Of a stretch of DNA of 64,000 nt, positions 21,719 through 31,398 are shown one piece after another. A program made the position numbers and the translations under genes. The notes beneath the pieces were generated by a model. It made no database searches, had not been told where the DNA came from, and worked only from the letters and a program-made list of their open reading frames with translations. Positions within the stretch are counted from its first letter, which is position 1. Each line of letters starts with the position of its first letter. Location: positions 1,056,001-1,120,000 of the forward strand of contig OZ220089.1 of assembly GCA_964291625.2 (NCBI GenBank). The letters run 5' to 3'. The stretch comes from Candidatus Latescibacterota bacterium (GTDB lineage Bacteria > Latescibacterota > UBA2968 > UBA8231).

Positions 21719-24700
21719 TCATTCGGCGACCGTGATCCCGAGCGGCTCGGTCCAATCGCTGACACGGTCGTCGATGTCGACCGCCCGCACACGGTAGTAG
21801 TAGGTCTGGCCGCGCCTCACGGTGTTGTCTTCCCGGGTGGTGCTGAACTCGTGGGGCAGGATCTCGGTGTAGTCGCCGTCCCGGGTGCTGTCGGCTACCG
21901 TCGTCCGCTGCACCTCGTAGTGCAGGATGGCACCCTTCGACGCCGTCCAGGTGATCGTCACCACGGGCCGGTCGTTGGAATTGGACGGGGTGGCCGCGAC
22001 GAGCCGCACGTGGGTAGGCCTCTCGACGCCGCCCGTAGTCGCCTCGGCGGTCTCGGACCTCGGTCCCACGTTGCCCTCCGCATCGAAGGCCTGCACCTGG
22101 TAGTAGTAGGTGGTCTGTTGCGACAGGGCCGTGTCGACGAAGGTGCTCGCCACGCTCGAGTCGACCGTCGCGAACTCGCCGCCCTCCTCGTCGGCGCGGT
22201 AGATGATGTAGCCACTCACGCCGGTGAGCCTGCTCCCGTCCTCGTCGCGCCTCGGGGGCCGCCAGGACAGCTCAAGCTCGTCGGGATGCTCCGGCACCGG
22301 CCGCCCCGTGACCTGGGAGGGTGCTTCGGGCGCCTGGACATCCAGCAGGACGGTGGCGCCGCTGAAGGCGGAGGGCGCGCTCTCTCCGGAGGACGTCACC
22401 ACGGTGACACGGTAGTAGAGGACCAGTCCGCTCGTCAGGTTGGAGTCGATGTAGCTCGTCTGGCCGGTGGTGAAGGGCGTGCCCTCGGCGCCGGCGAGAC
22501 GCGCATACCCCTCGTCGGGCCGGCGGGAGCGATAGACGTTGTAGCCGAGCAGCTCGTCGTCGTCGCTGGGACTCCAGGTGAGGACGACGCGGCTCACCTC
22601 GCCGGCGGCGGAGACCGCGGCCGGCGAAGCGATCCCCGGGGTGGTGGCCGGCACGGCGGCGGCGCGAGGACTGACGTTGCCCGAGGCGTCGGCTGCGCTG
22701 ACGGAGTAGTAGTAGATCGTCGCCGGCTCGAGCCCGGAATCCGTGAAGGTGATCGATCCGGCATCGACCGTATCGACCGCGGTCAGGGCCTCCGGACCAT
22801 CCTCGGACCGGTAGACGATGAAGCTCCTCAATCCGGTCAGATCGCCGCCCCCAAGGTCGGTGCGAGGCCTGGTCCAGCGAAGGGACACCTCGGCCCGGTC
22901 TTCGTCGGCGATGGCCACGAGGCCGGTGGGGGTGTCCGGAGCCACATCGTCGGCCCCCGCGGTGCCGCTGACGATCACCGAGGGCTCGCCCTCGAACTGC
23001 GCGGTGACGGCCGTAACCCTGTAGTAGACCAACTCGCCGGCACCGAGGCTGGAGTCGACGAAGGTGGTGCGGCCCGTGCTGAACGTCTCTCCGCCGTCTC
23101 CCTCCAGGCGCGAGAAGGGCTCGTCCGGACGAGCCGCCCGGTACACGTTGTATCCGAGGAGGTCGCCATGGTCCACCGGCCCCCAGCTCAACTCGATGCG
23201 GCCGATGCCGTCCTCGACCGCCACATTCGCCGGAGCCGGTACTCCCGTCGTGGTCACCCGGACGGCGGCGGACGGGACGCTCTCGTTGCCGGCGCCGTCG
23301 ACCGCGATCAAGGCATAGCGGTAGGTCGTGAGCCCAGTCAGCCCGGAATCCTCGAAGCGGCGATCGTCCGAGCCAAGGGCGGCCGTGCGCACGAAGGAGC
23401 CCTCCCCTTCGGCGCGGAGCAGAATGAACCCCGACAGGCCGGTCAGTGGGCCTCCGTCCGAGTCTTGGGACGGGGCGCTCCAGCGCAGGGTGATCCGCGA
23501 AGGATCCGAGGGGACCGGCTCGGCTTCCACTCTCCGGGGCGCCCCCGGGGCCCGATCGTCCGCCAGCGACGTCGCCCCCACGAAACCCGACAGCTCGCTG
23601 CCCATCCCGTCCGTGCCCACCGAGCGCACCTTGTAGTAATAGCGCCGGCCTTCCGGCAGGTTGCCGTCCACGTAGCTCGTCAGACCCGTCGTGAACGACG
23701 TGTTCTCCGCCCCCGGCAAACGACGATACTCCCCGTCCGACGTCGACGAGCGATACACGTCGTAACCCGCCAACGACGGCTCCCCCACCGCCGTCCAGCT
23801 CAACTCGATCCGACCGATCCCCGAGTCCGCACGCAAGCCCGACGGAGACGCCAGACCCGACGTCGTCACCGACACCGAGGCGCTCGCCCGGCTCGTGTTC
23901 CCCGAACCGTCGAACGCCACCACGCTGTACGAATACGTCGTCCGGCTCTTCAGACCCGTGTCCCGATACTCCCGATCTGCCCGAGACAGCGTGTCCAACG
24001 CCACCGAGCCCCCCGACCCCTCCGAACGAAGCACCACGTACCCCGAAAGACCCGACAAAGACGAGCCCCCCGCGTCCGTCTCCGGAGCGCTCCAACGAAC
24101 CACCACCTCCCCCGCCGTCTCCGACGCTACCGCCGACACCGAATGAGGCGAATCCGGCGCCCGATCGTCCGAAAGCGACGTCGCCCCCACGAAGCCCGAC
24201 AGCTCGCTGCCCTCCCCGTCCGTGCCCACCGAGCGCACCTTGTAGTAATACCGCTGGCCCCCCGACAGGTTGCTGTCCACGTAGCTCGTCAGACCCGTCG
24301 TGAACGACGTGTTCTCCGCCCCCGGCAAACGACGATACTCCCCGTCCGACGTCGACGAGCGATACACGTCGTAACCCGCCAGCGACGGCTCCCCCACCGC
24401 CGTCCAGCTCAACTCGATCCGACCGATCCCCGAGTCCGCACGCAAGCCCGACGGAGACGCCAGACCCGACGTCGTCACCGACACCGAGGCGCTCGCCCGG
24501 CTCGTGTTCCCCGAACCGTCGAACGCCACCACGCTGTACGAATACGTCGTCCGGCTCTTCAGACCCGTGTCCCGATACTCCCGATCTGCCCGAGACAGCG
24601 TGTCCAACGCCACCGAGCCCCCCGACCCCTCCGAACGAAGCACCACGTACCCCGAAAGACCCGACAAAGACGAGCCCCCCGCGTCCGTCTCCGGAGCGCT

Positions 24701-27622
24701 CCAACGAACCACCACCTCCCCCGCCGTCTCCGACGCTACCGCCGAAACCGAATGAGGCGAATCCGGCGCCCGATCGTCCGAAAGCGACGTCGCCCCCACG
24801 AAACCCGACAGCTCGCTGCCCTCCCCGTCCGTGCCCACCGAGCGCACCTTGTAGTAATACCGCTGGCCCCCCGACAGGTTGCTGTCCACGTAGCTCGTCA
24901 GACCCGTCGTGAACGACGTGTTCTCCGCCCCCGGCAAACGACGATACTCCCCGTCCGACGTCGACGAGCGATACACGTCGTAACCCGCCAGCGACGGCTC
25001 CCCCACCGCCGTCCAGCTCAACTCGATCCGACCGATCCCCGAGTCCGCACGCAAGCCCGACGGAGACGCCAGACCCGACGTCGTCACCGACACCGAGGCG
25101 CTCGCCCGGCTCGTGTTCCCCGAACCGTCGAACGCCACCACGCTGTACGAATACGTCGTCCGGCTCTTCAGACCCGTGTCCCGATACTCCCGATCTGCCC
25201 GAGACAGCGTGTCCAACGCCACCGAGCCCCCCGACCCCTCCGAACGAAGCACCACGTACCCCGAAAGACCCGACAAAGACGAGCCCCCCGCGTCCGTCTC
25301 CGGAGCGCTCCAACGAACCACCACCTCCCCCGCCGTCTCCGACGCTACCGCCGACACCGAATGAGGCGAATCCGGCGCCCGATCGTCCGAAAGCGACGTC
25401 GCCCCCACGAAGCCCGACAGCTCGCTGCCCTCCCCGTCCGTGCCCACCGAGCGCACCTTGTAGTAATACCGCTGGCCCCCCGACAGGTTGCTGTCCACGT
25501 AGCTCGTCAGACCCGTCGTGAACGACGTGTTCTCCGCCCCCGGCAAACGACGATACTCCCCGTCCGACGTCGACGAGCGATACACGTCGTAGCCCGCCAG
25601 CGACGGCTCCCCCACCGCCGTCCAGCTCAACTCGATCCGACCGATCCCCGAGTCCGCACGCAAGCCCGACGGAGACGCCAGACCCGACGTCGTCACCGAC
25701 ACCGAGGCGCTCGCCCGGCTCGTGTTCCCCGAACCGTCGAACGCCACCACGCTGTACGAATACGTCGTCCGGCTCTTCAGACCCGTGTCCCGATACTCCC
25801 GATCTGCCCGAGACAGCGTGTCCAACGCCACCGAGCCCCCCGACCCCTCCGAACGAAGCACCACGTACCCCGAAAGACCCGACAACGCCGAGCCCCCCGC
25901 GTCCGTCTCCGGAGCGCTCCAGCGAACCACCACCTCCCCCGCCGTCTCCGACGCTACCGCCGAAACCGAATGAGGCGGATCCGGCGCCCGGTCGTCCGAA
26001 AGCGACGTCGCCCCCACGAAACCCGACAGCTCGCTGCCCTCCCCGTCCGTGCCCACCGAGCGCACCTTGTAGTAATACCGCTGGCCCCCCGACAGGTTGC
26101 TGTCCACATAGCTCGTCAGACCCGTCGTGAACGACGTGTTCTCCGCCCCCGGCAAACGACGATACTCCCCGTCCGACGTCGACGAGCGATACACGTCGTA
26201 GCCCGCCAGCGACGGCTCCCCCACCGCCGTCCAGCTCAACTCGATCCGACCGATCCCCGAGTCCGCACGCAAGCCCGACGGAGACGCCAGACCCGACGTC
26301 GTCACCGACACCGAGGCGCTCGCCCGGCTCGTGTTCCCCGAACCGTCGAACGCCACCACGCTGTACGAATACGTCGTCCGGCTCTTCAGACCCGTGTCCC
26401 GATACTCCCGATCTGCCCGAGACAGCGTGTCCAACGCCACCGAGCCCCCCGACCCCTCCGAACGAAGCACCACGTACCCCGAAAGACCCGACAACGCCGA
26501 GCCCCCCGCGTCCGTCTCCGGAGCGCTCCAGCGAACCACCACCTCCCCCGCCGTCTCCGACGCTACCGCCGAAACCGAATGAGGCGGATCCGGCGCCCGG
26601 TCGTCCGAAAGCGACGTCGCCCCCACGAAACCCGACAGCTCGCTGCCCTCCCCGTCCGTGCCCACCGAGCGCACCTTGTAGTAATACCGCTGGCCCCCCG
26701 ACAGGTTGCTGTCCACATAGCTCGTCAGACCCGTCGTGAACGACGTGTTCTCCGCCCCCGGCAAACGACGATACTCCCCGTCCGACGTCGACGAGCGATA
26801 CACGTCGTAGCCCGCCAGCGACGGCTCCCCCACCGCCGTCCAGCTCAACTCGATCCGACCGATCCCCGAGTCCGCACGCAAGCCCGACGGAGACGCCAGA
26901 CCCGACGTCGTCACCGACACCGAGGCGCTCGCCCGGCTCGTGTTCCCCGAACCGTCGAACGCCACCACGCTGTACGAATACGTCGTCCGGCTCTTCAGAC
27001 CCGTGTCCCGATACTCCCGATCTGCCCGAGACAGCGTGTCCAACGCCACCGAGCCCCCCGACCCCTCCGAACGAAGCACCACGTACCCCGAAAGACCCGA
27101 CAACGCCGAGCCCCCCGCGTCCGTCTCCGGAGCGCTCCAGCGAACCACCACCTCCCCCGCCGTCTCCGACGCTACCGCCGAAACCGAATGAGGCGGATCC
27201 GGCGCCCGGTCGTCCGAAAGCGACGTCGCCCCCACGAAACCCGACAGCTCGCTGCGAAGACCGCTGGTGTCGACGGCCGCCACCCGGTAGAAGAAGGTGT
27301 GGATCTCGCCCCGGATGGTGTCGTCGAAGGTGGTCTTGCCGGTGGTGATCCCCGCCGTCGAATCGCCCTCTCCGGAGACGAAGGTGAAGGTGCCGTTGGA
27401 GCGGTCGGAGCGCAGGACGGCGTAGCCCGCCAGATCCGGGTCGGTCACCGGCTGCCAGGCCAGGCGGATAAGTCCGATCTCGCCCCGGGCCGAGACCTCC
27501 GCCGGGGTTGCCGGCCGGCCCTGGACCAGGTCGGCCTGGGGATCGAGGGGGTTGCTGCGGTCGCGATCGCAGCCCACGGCGAGGATGGCGAGCAGCAGGG
27601 CGCCGGCGGCGATGCTCTTCAT
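21719..27622 (-). CDS. Large surface lipoprotein built from fibronectin type III repeats (1967 aa)
   Basis: Signal peptide with lipobox LAVGC; repeated FN3 hallmarks (P..L.A...IELSW, YDVYRS, YYYKVRSV, SELS). Confidence 0.9.
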   Translation of the reverse strand: MKSIAAGALLLAILAVGCDRDRSNPLDPQADLVQGRPATPAEVSARGEIGLIRLAWQPVTDPDLAGYAVLRSDRSNGTFTFVSGEGDSTAGITTGKTTFDDTIRGEIHTFFYRVAAVDTSGLRSELSGFVGATSLSDDRAPDPPHSVSAVASETAGEVVVRWSAPETDAGGSALSGLSGYVVLRSEGSGGSVALDTLSRADREYRDTGLKSRTTYSYSVVAFDGSGNTSRASASVSVTTSGLASPSGLRADSGIGRIELSWTAVGEPSLAGYDVYRSSTSDGEYRRLPGAENTSFTTGLTSYVDSNLSGGQRYYYKVRSVGTDGEGSELSGFVGATSLSDDRAPDPPHSVSAVASETAGEVVVRWSAPETDAGGSALSGLSGYVVLRSEGSGGSVALDTLSRADREYRDTGLKSRTTYSYSVVAFDGSGNTSRASASVSVTTSGLASPSGLRADSGIGRIELSWTAVGEPSLAGYDVYRSSTSDGEYRRLPGAENTSFTTGLTSYVDSNLSGGQRYYYKVRSVGTDGEGSELSGFVGATSLSDDRAPDPPHSVSAVASETAGEVVVRWSAPETDAGGSALSGLSGYVVLRSEGSGGSVALDTLSRADREYRDTGLKSRTTYSYSVVAFDGSGNTSRASASVSVTTSGLASPSGLRADSGIGRIELSWTAVGEPSLAGYDVYRSSTSDGEYRRLPGAENTSFTTGLTSYVDSNLSGGQRYYYKVRSVGTDGEGSELSGFVGATSLSDDRAPDSPHSVSAVASETAGEVVVRWSAPETDAGGSSLSGLSGYVVLRSEGSGGSVALDTLSRADREYRDTGLKSRTTYSYSVVAFDGSGNTSRASASVSVTTSGLASPSGLRADSGIGRIELSWTAVGEPSLAGYDVYRSSTSDGEYRRLPGAENTSFTTGLTSYVDSNLSGGQRYYYKVRSVGTDGEGSELSGFVGATSLSDDRAPDSPHSVSAVASETAGEVVVRWSAPETDAGGSSLSGLSGYVVLRSEGSGGSVALDTLSRADREYRDTGLKSRTTYSYSVVAFDGSGNTSRASASVSVTTSGLASPSGLRADSGIGRIELSWTAVGEPSLAGYDVYRSSTSDGEYRRLPGAENTSFTTGLTSYVDSNLSGGQRYYYKVRSVGTDGEGSELSGFVGATSLSDDRAPDSPHSVSAVASETAGEVVVRWSAPETDAGGSSLSGLSGYVVLRSEGSGGSVALDTLSRADREYRDTGLKSRTTYSYSVVAFDGSGNTSRASASVSVTTSGLASPSGLRADSGIGRIELSWTAVGEPSLAGYDVYRSSTSDGEYRRLPGAENTSFTTGLTSYVDGNLPEGRRYYYKVRSVGTDGMGSELSGFVGATSLADDRAPGAPRRVEAEPVPSDPSRITLRWSAPSQDSDGGPLTGLSGFILLRAEGEGSFVRTAALGSDDRRFEDSGLTGLTTYRYALIAVDGAGNESVPSAAVRVTTTGVPAPANVAVEDGIGRIELSWGPVDHGDLLGYNVYRAARPDEPFSRLEGDGGETFSTGRTTFVDSSLGAGELVYYRVTAVTAQFEGEPSVIVSGTAGADDVAPDTPTGLVAIADEDRAEVSLRWTRPRTDLGGGDLTGLRSFIVYRSEDGPEALTAVDTVDAGSITFTDSGLEPATIYYYSVSAADASGNVSPRAAAVPATTPGIASPAAVSAAGEVSRVVLTWSPSDDDELLGYNVYRSRRPDEGYARLAGAEGTPFTTGQTSYIDSNLTSGLVLYYRVTVVTSSGESAPSAFSGATVLLDVQAPEAPSQVTGRPVPEHPDELELSWRPPRRDEDGSRLTGVSGYIIYRADEEGGEFATVDSSVASTFVDTALSQQTTYYYQVQAFDAEGNVGPRSETAEATTGGVERPTHVRLVAATPSNSNDRPVVTITWTASKGAILHYEVQRTTVADSTRDGDYTEILPHEFSTTREDNTVRRGQTYYYRVRAVDIDDRVSDWTEPLGITVAE
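23550..27255 (-). repeat. Six near-identical 609-bp tandem repeats (203 aa, two FN3 domains each)
   Basis: Near-identical shadow ORFs start at 23895, 24504, 25113, 25722, 26331 and 26940, exactly 609 bp apart. Confidence 0.97.
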
Positions 27623-27641
27623 GGCAGGGGCTTCACCCGGA

Positions 27642-28175
27642 TCAGTGGAAGCGGCGCTGCAGCCGGAGCCCGAGTATCCGGGGCGCCGCGACCGGTACCA
27701 GGGAGAGGGAGGGACTGGCCGCCGAGGCGGCGCCGCGGAACTCGCCGCCGCCGGTGAACAGGAGACGCAAGCCGGTTACGCCGCAGGCCGCGGCCAGGGC
27801 CCAGCTGACCTGACTCTTCACGTCCCGGTTGGTGGTGCGCTGGTAGAGCTTCTGGATCTCGGCCTGGTCGTCGGCGGCCTTGTAGGCCTCGTAGAAGGCG
27901 TCGGCCTCGTCCTTGTAATCGAATCCCCGGGCGGTGAGGGCGGCGCCGCCCGCGAGAAAGGCCAGGCCGAGGGTTCGGCGAAACGTGATGAGGCCGGACC
28001 CGTCGGCCTCGGAGCCCTGCATGGCCGCCGGCCGCTCGACGGCGGCCCCGGACCCCGGGGGCGGCGCCGCGTTGGAGGCCGTGGCCGCGGCCAGGGGCAG
28101 CAGGCCGAGGGCGATGCAAGCGATCAGGGTCCGAAGAAGGGTGGAAGCACTGATGGGAATCAGGGTCATCGGCAC
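27642..28175 (-). CDS. Hypothetical exported/membrane protein upstream of the FN3 lipoprotein
   Basis: Signal-like N-terminus; two hydrophobic helices flanking DEADAFYEAYKAA; C-terminal LRLQRRFH; start uncertain. Confidence 0.6.
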   Translation of the reverse strand: MPMTLIPISASTLLRTLIACIALGLLPLAAATASNAAPPPGSGAAVERPAAMQGSEADGSGLITFRRTLGLAFLAGGAALTARGFDYKDEADAFYEAYKAADDQAEIQKLYQRTTNRDVKSQVSWALAAACGVTGLRLLFTGGGEFRGAASAASPSLSLVPVAAPRILGLRLQRRFH

Positions 28176-28244
28176 GACCGTGAAGGCGCCAAGGAATGCG
28201 CCAACTCCATGAAACTTGTGGACTTACGCTAGGTTGCGAAGACT

Positions 28245-28273
28245 ACGGTAGAGACTAGGGTGGACTTTGTCAA
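28245..28273 (-). promoter_or_regulatory. Putative sigma70 promoter for the leftward operon
   Basis: Minus-strand TTGACA (28273-28268), 17-bp spacer, TACCGT (28250-28245). Confidence 0.5.
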
Positions 28274-28322
28274 CCAGAGTCCAGGGCGCCTTTCTGCCCG
28301 GCGGAAGCCGTGGGTCTGCGCA

Positions 28323-28351
28323 TTGACAAATGAACGAATGTTCAGTAATGT
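28323..28351 (+). promoter_or_regulatory. lexA promoter with LexA operator in the spacer
   Basis: TTGACA 28323-28328, 17 bp, TAATGT 28346-28351; palindrome TGAAC-GAAT-GTTCA at 28331-28344. Confidence 0.85.
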
Positions 28352-28415
28352 TGATGCGATTCGGCAGCCTGGATCGGGACCCGCGCCCGACATCACGGAG
28401 AGAGGAGGCCAGGCC

Positions 28416-29042
28416 ATGGCCAAGCAACTGACCCAGCGCCAGCAGGCGATCTTCGACTTCATCGCCGGCATCATCCGCAGGCGAGGGGCCCCGCCCACGA
28501 TCCGCGAGATCATGGACCAGTTCGGCATCAGCTCCACCAACGGCGTTCGCACCACCCTGGCCGCCCTTGAGAAGAAGGGACACATCCGCCGCCATCCCCG
28601 GCTGTCGCGGGGGATCGAGCTGGTGGACGGGCCCTACCTGCCCGAGCACGGGACGGTGCAGGTTCCCATTCTCGGACGGGTCGCGGCCGGCGCCCCGATC
28701 CTGGCGGAAGAGAACGTGGAAGACACCATTCACGTCGATCCGTCGCTGGCGCCGGCCTCGGGCAGAGCCTTCGCCCTGCGCGTGCGCGGCGACAGCATGA
28801 CCGACGCCGGCATCCTCGATGGCGACATCGTCGTGGCCCGCCAGCAGGAGACGGCCGACCGCGGCGACATCGTCGTCGCTCTCCTCGACGACGAGGCCAC
28901 CGTCAAGCGCTTCGATCCGGTGGCGGGGGCCGTCCGGCTGCTCCCGGAAAACCCCGCCTACGCACCCATCGTCCTCTCCGGAGACGAGGGGACCCAACTG
29001 CGCATCGCCGGCAAGGTGGTCGGCCTCATGAGAAGGGTGTGA
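28416..29042 (+). CDS. lexA: SOS repressor LexA
   Basis: GGAGG RBS then ATG 28416; LTQRQ..I, PPTIREI, VAAGAP cleavage site, GDSM (Ser), ATVKR (Lys). Confidence 0.97.
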   Translation: MAKQLTQRQQAIFDFIAGIIRRRGAPPTIREIMDQFGISSTNGVRTTLAALEKKGHIRRHPRLSRGIELVDGPYLPEHGTVQVPILGRVAAGAPILAEENVEDTIHVDPSLAPASGRAFALRVRGDSMTDAGILDGDIVVARQQETADRGDIVVALLDDEATVKRFDPVAGAVRLLPENPAYAPIVLSGDEGTQLRIAGKVVGLMRRV

Positions 29043-29049
29043 CCCATCC

Positions 29050-30393
29050 ATGAGGCGGCCGGAGGAGGTCGCCGCCCGACACCGTGGCGACGCCCTGGCC
29101 ATTCTCCGCGCCGCCATCGCCGCCGTAGAGCCGGGGGAGTTGGTCGGCCGCGCTCTCTCCCTGCAGGGAACGGGTCTGGTCGCCGGCGACCACCGGCTGC
29201 CCCTTGCCCACGATTCCCGGATCGTCGTCGTGGGGGCGGGCAAGGCCACACCGGCCATGGCAGCCGCCGCCGAGGCCGTCCTCGGGCCCCGCCTCACGGC
29301 CGGCTCCATCAACACCAAGTACGGCCACCGCCTGAGCCTGGCGACCATCCACACGGTGGACTGCGGCCACCCCCTGCCCGACGACGCCGGGGTGGAGGGG
29401 ACGCGGCGCATGCTTCGGCTCGTCGACGGCCTCGGCCCCGACGACGTGGTCCTGTGCCTGTTCTCGGGCGGGGGATCGGCGCTGATGCCGGCGCCCGCCG
29501 ACGGCATCTCGCTGGAGGAGAAGGTCGCCGTCACCGACGCCCTGCTGCGCTGTGGGGCCACCATCGACGAGCTCAACGCCGTCAGAAAGCACCTGTCGGA
29601 GGTCAAGGGCGGACAGCTGGCCCGGCGGGCGGCGCCGGCGAGGGTGGTCTCTCTGATGATCTCCGATGTCATCGGCGACCCGGTGCACACCATCGCCTCG
29701 GGACCGACCTGCGCCGATCCCACCACCTTCGAGGACTGCCTGCGCCTCGTCGACCGCTACCAGCTGCGGGAAGCCCTGCCGGCGTCCGTGGTGGCGCGCT
29801 TCGAGCGAGGCGCCTGCGGACACCTCCCGGAGACGCCGGGCCCCGAGGATCCGTCGGTGCAGGCGGCCCTCAATCTGGTGATCGGCAACAACTCGCTGGC
29901 CCTCGACGCCGCGCGGGAGGAGGCGGTCCACCGCGGCTACCGCACCCTCGTGCTGTCGACGCGTATCGCGGGTGAAACCCGCGAGGCGGCCGGGGTCCAC
30001 GCCGCCATCGCCGCCGAGATCGTCCTCAGCGGACAGCCCGTCCCCTGCCCCGCTTGCGTCATCACCGGTGGCGAGACCACGGTCACCCTCCGGGGCGGCG
30101 GCAAGGGCGGGCGCAACCAGGAGTTCGTTCTCGCCGCCGCCCTCGGCCTGGAGGGAACCACCGGAATCACGGTCATGAGCGCCGGCACCGACGGCACCGA
30201 CGGGCCTACCGATGCCGCCGGGGCGATCGCCGACGGAACGACCCTGGCCCGCGCCGCCGCCGCCGGACTGTCGGCGGGTGACCACCTCGAGCGCAACGAC
30301 TCCTACCCCTTCTTCGAGGCTCTGGGGGACCTCATCGTCACCGGGCCCACCGGGACCAACGTGATGGACCTGAGACTGATGCTGGTCGGCTGA
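29050..30393 (+). CDS. Glycerate 2-kinase (MOFRL/TtuD family)
   Basis: GAGKA, GHPLPD, SGGGSAL, SDVIGD, GGETTV, GGRNQE, GTDGTDG, TGTNVMD. Confidence 0.92.
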   Translation: MRRPEEVAARHRGDALAILRAAIAAVEPGELVGRALSLQGTGLVAGDHRLPLAHDSRIVVVGAGKATPAMAAAAEAVLGPRLTAGSINTKYGHRLSLATIHTVDCGHPLPDDAGVEGTRRMLRLVDGLGPDDVVLCLFSGGGSALMPAPADGISLEEKVAVTDALLRCGATIDELNAVRKHLSEVKGGQLARRAAPARVVSLMISDVIGDPVHTIASGPTCADPTTFEDCLRLVDRYQLREALPASVVARFERGACGHLPETPGPEDPSVQAALNLVIGNNSLALDAAREEAVHRGYRTLVLSTRIAGETREAAGVHAAIAAEIVLSGQPVPCPACVITGGETTVTLRGGGKGGRNQEFVLAAALGLEGTTGITVMSAGTDGTDGPTDAAGAIADGTTLARAAAAGLSAGDHLERNDSYPFFEALGDLIVTGPTGTNVMDLRLMLVG

Positions 30394-30417
30394 GCAAGCC
30401 GTCCGGCCCCTCGCGGG

Positions 30418-31398
30418 TTGAAGTCCCCGGCCCCCACCTCTAGACTTGAACAAGTGACTCGACGGATCCCCTGCACGGCGCTGCTCTGTTCCGCCCTCCT
30501 GTCCTGGCCAGCCCCCCCGGCTCACGGGGCCAGCGCCTACGCCGGCGAGTTCCTGGCCGTCGGCGCCGGGGCTCGGGGCCTCGCCCTCGGCAGCGCCTGC
30601 GTGGCCCTTGGAGACGCGGCCACCGCCGGCTACTGGAACAGCGCCGGTCTCGCCGGCTCGCCCGAGCGCCAAGCCCACTTCACCCACGGCGAGCGCTTCA
30701 ACGGCCTCGTCCGGCAGGACTACGTGGCCTTCGTCACCCCCGGACCGTACTTCGACGGCCTCGGCATCGGCCTGCTGCGCCTCGGCGTCGACGGCATCCA
30801 CTTCACCGACCTGCCCGACCCTTCGGCGCCTCTGGGGCCCGACAACCGCCCCTTCGTCTCGTCCACCGAGTCGGCCGCCGACTACGCCCTGTACCTCTCC
30901 GCGGGCCGGCGCCTGGGAGAGCGTCTCGACATCGGCGCCAGCGCCAAGCTCATCCATCGCTCGGTGGCCGACCTCACCGCCTACGGCGGCGGCCTCGACC
31001 TGGGCCTGCGCTACCGCCCGGCCCCTTCCCTGACCCTGGCCGCCAACATCCGCGACGTGACCACCACCCCCATCCTCTGGGACGGGACCACCGACCGCAT
31101 CCAGCCCTCCCTCCTCCTGGGGGCGGCCTATGGACGCGCTCTCGCCGGGGGCACGGCTTCGGTGGCCATCGGCTCGCGCTCCGGGGGCGATGCCGAGGAC
31201 GAGGCCGGCACCGCCCCGGTCCACGCCGGCATCGAGTACGACGCCGGGCGGCTGGCCCTGCGCGCCGGCCTGGAAGAGCAGCGTCAGACCTTCGGAGTCG
31301 GTCTGCGGGTCAGTCCCCGGCTGCAGGTCGACCTCGCCTACCTGCAGCACGACGACCTCGAGGGCACCTATCTGCTCTCCGCCGACGTCCGCTTCTGA
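30418..31398 (+). CDS. PorV/PorQ (UPF0164)-family outer-membrane beta-barrel
   Basis: Signal peptide, EFLAVGAGARGLALGSA...DAATAGYWN motif, alternating beta-strands, terminal Phe; start approximate. Confidence 0.8.
   Translation: MKSPAPTSRLEQVTRRIPCTALLCSALLSWPAPPAHGASAYAGEFLAVGAGARGLALGSACVALGDAATAGYWNSAGLAGSPERQAHFTHGERFNGLVRQDYVAFVTPGPYFDGLGIGLLRLGVDGIHFTDLPDPSAPLGPDNRPFVSSTESAADYALYLSAGRRLGERLDIGASAKLIHRSVADLTAYGGGLDLGLRYRPAPSLTLAANIRDVTTTPILWDGTTDRIQPSLLLGAAYGRALAGGTASVAIGSRSGGDAEDEAGTAPVHAGIEYDAGRLALRAGLEEQRQTFGVGLRVSPRLQVDLAYLQHDDLEGTYLLSADVRF

Noticed and set aside
23550-27255. Tandem array as CRISPR or diversity-generating retroelement template/variable repeats
   Set aside because: Units are 609 bp, in frame and contiguous with no spacers; no cas or reverse transcriptase gene in the window; differences are few and mostly silent.
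20843-27757. 2304-aa Arg-rich ORF on + strand, the 1013-aa alternative-frame ORF and six 83-aa ORFs
   Set aside because: Antisense or alternate-frame shadows of the FN3 repeat gene, caused by high GC and the repeated unit lacking stops.
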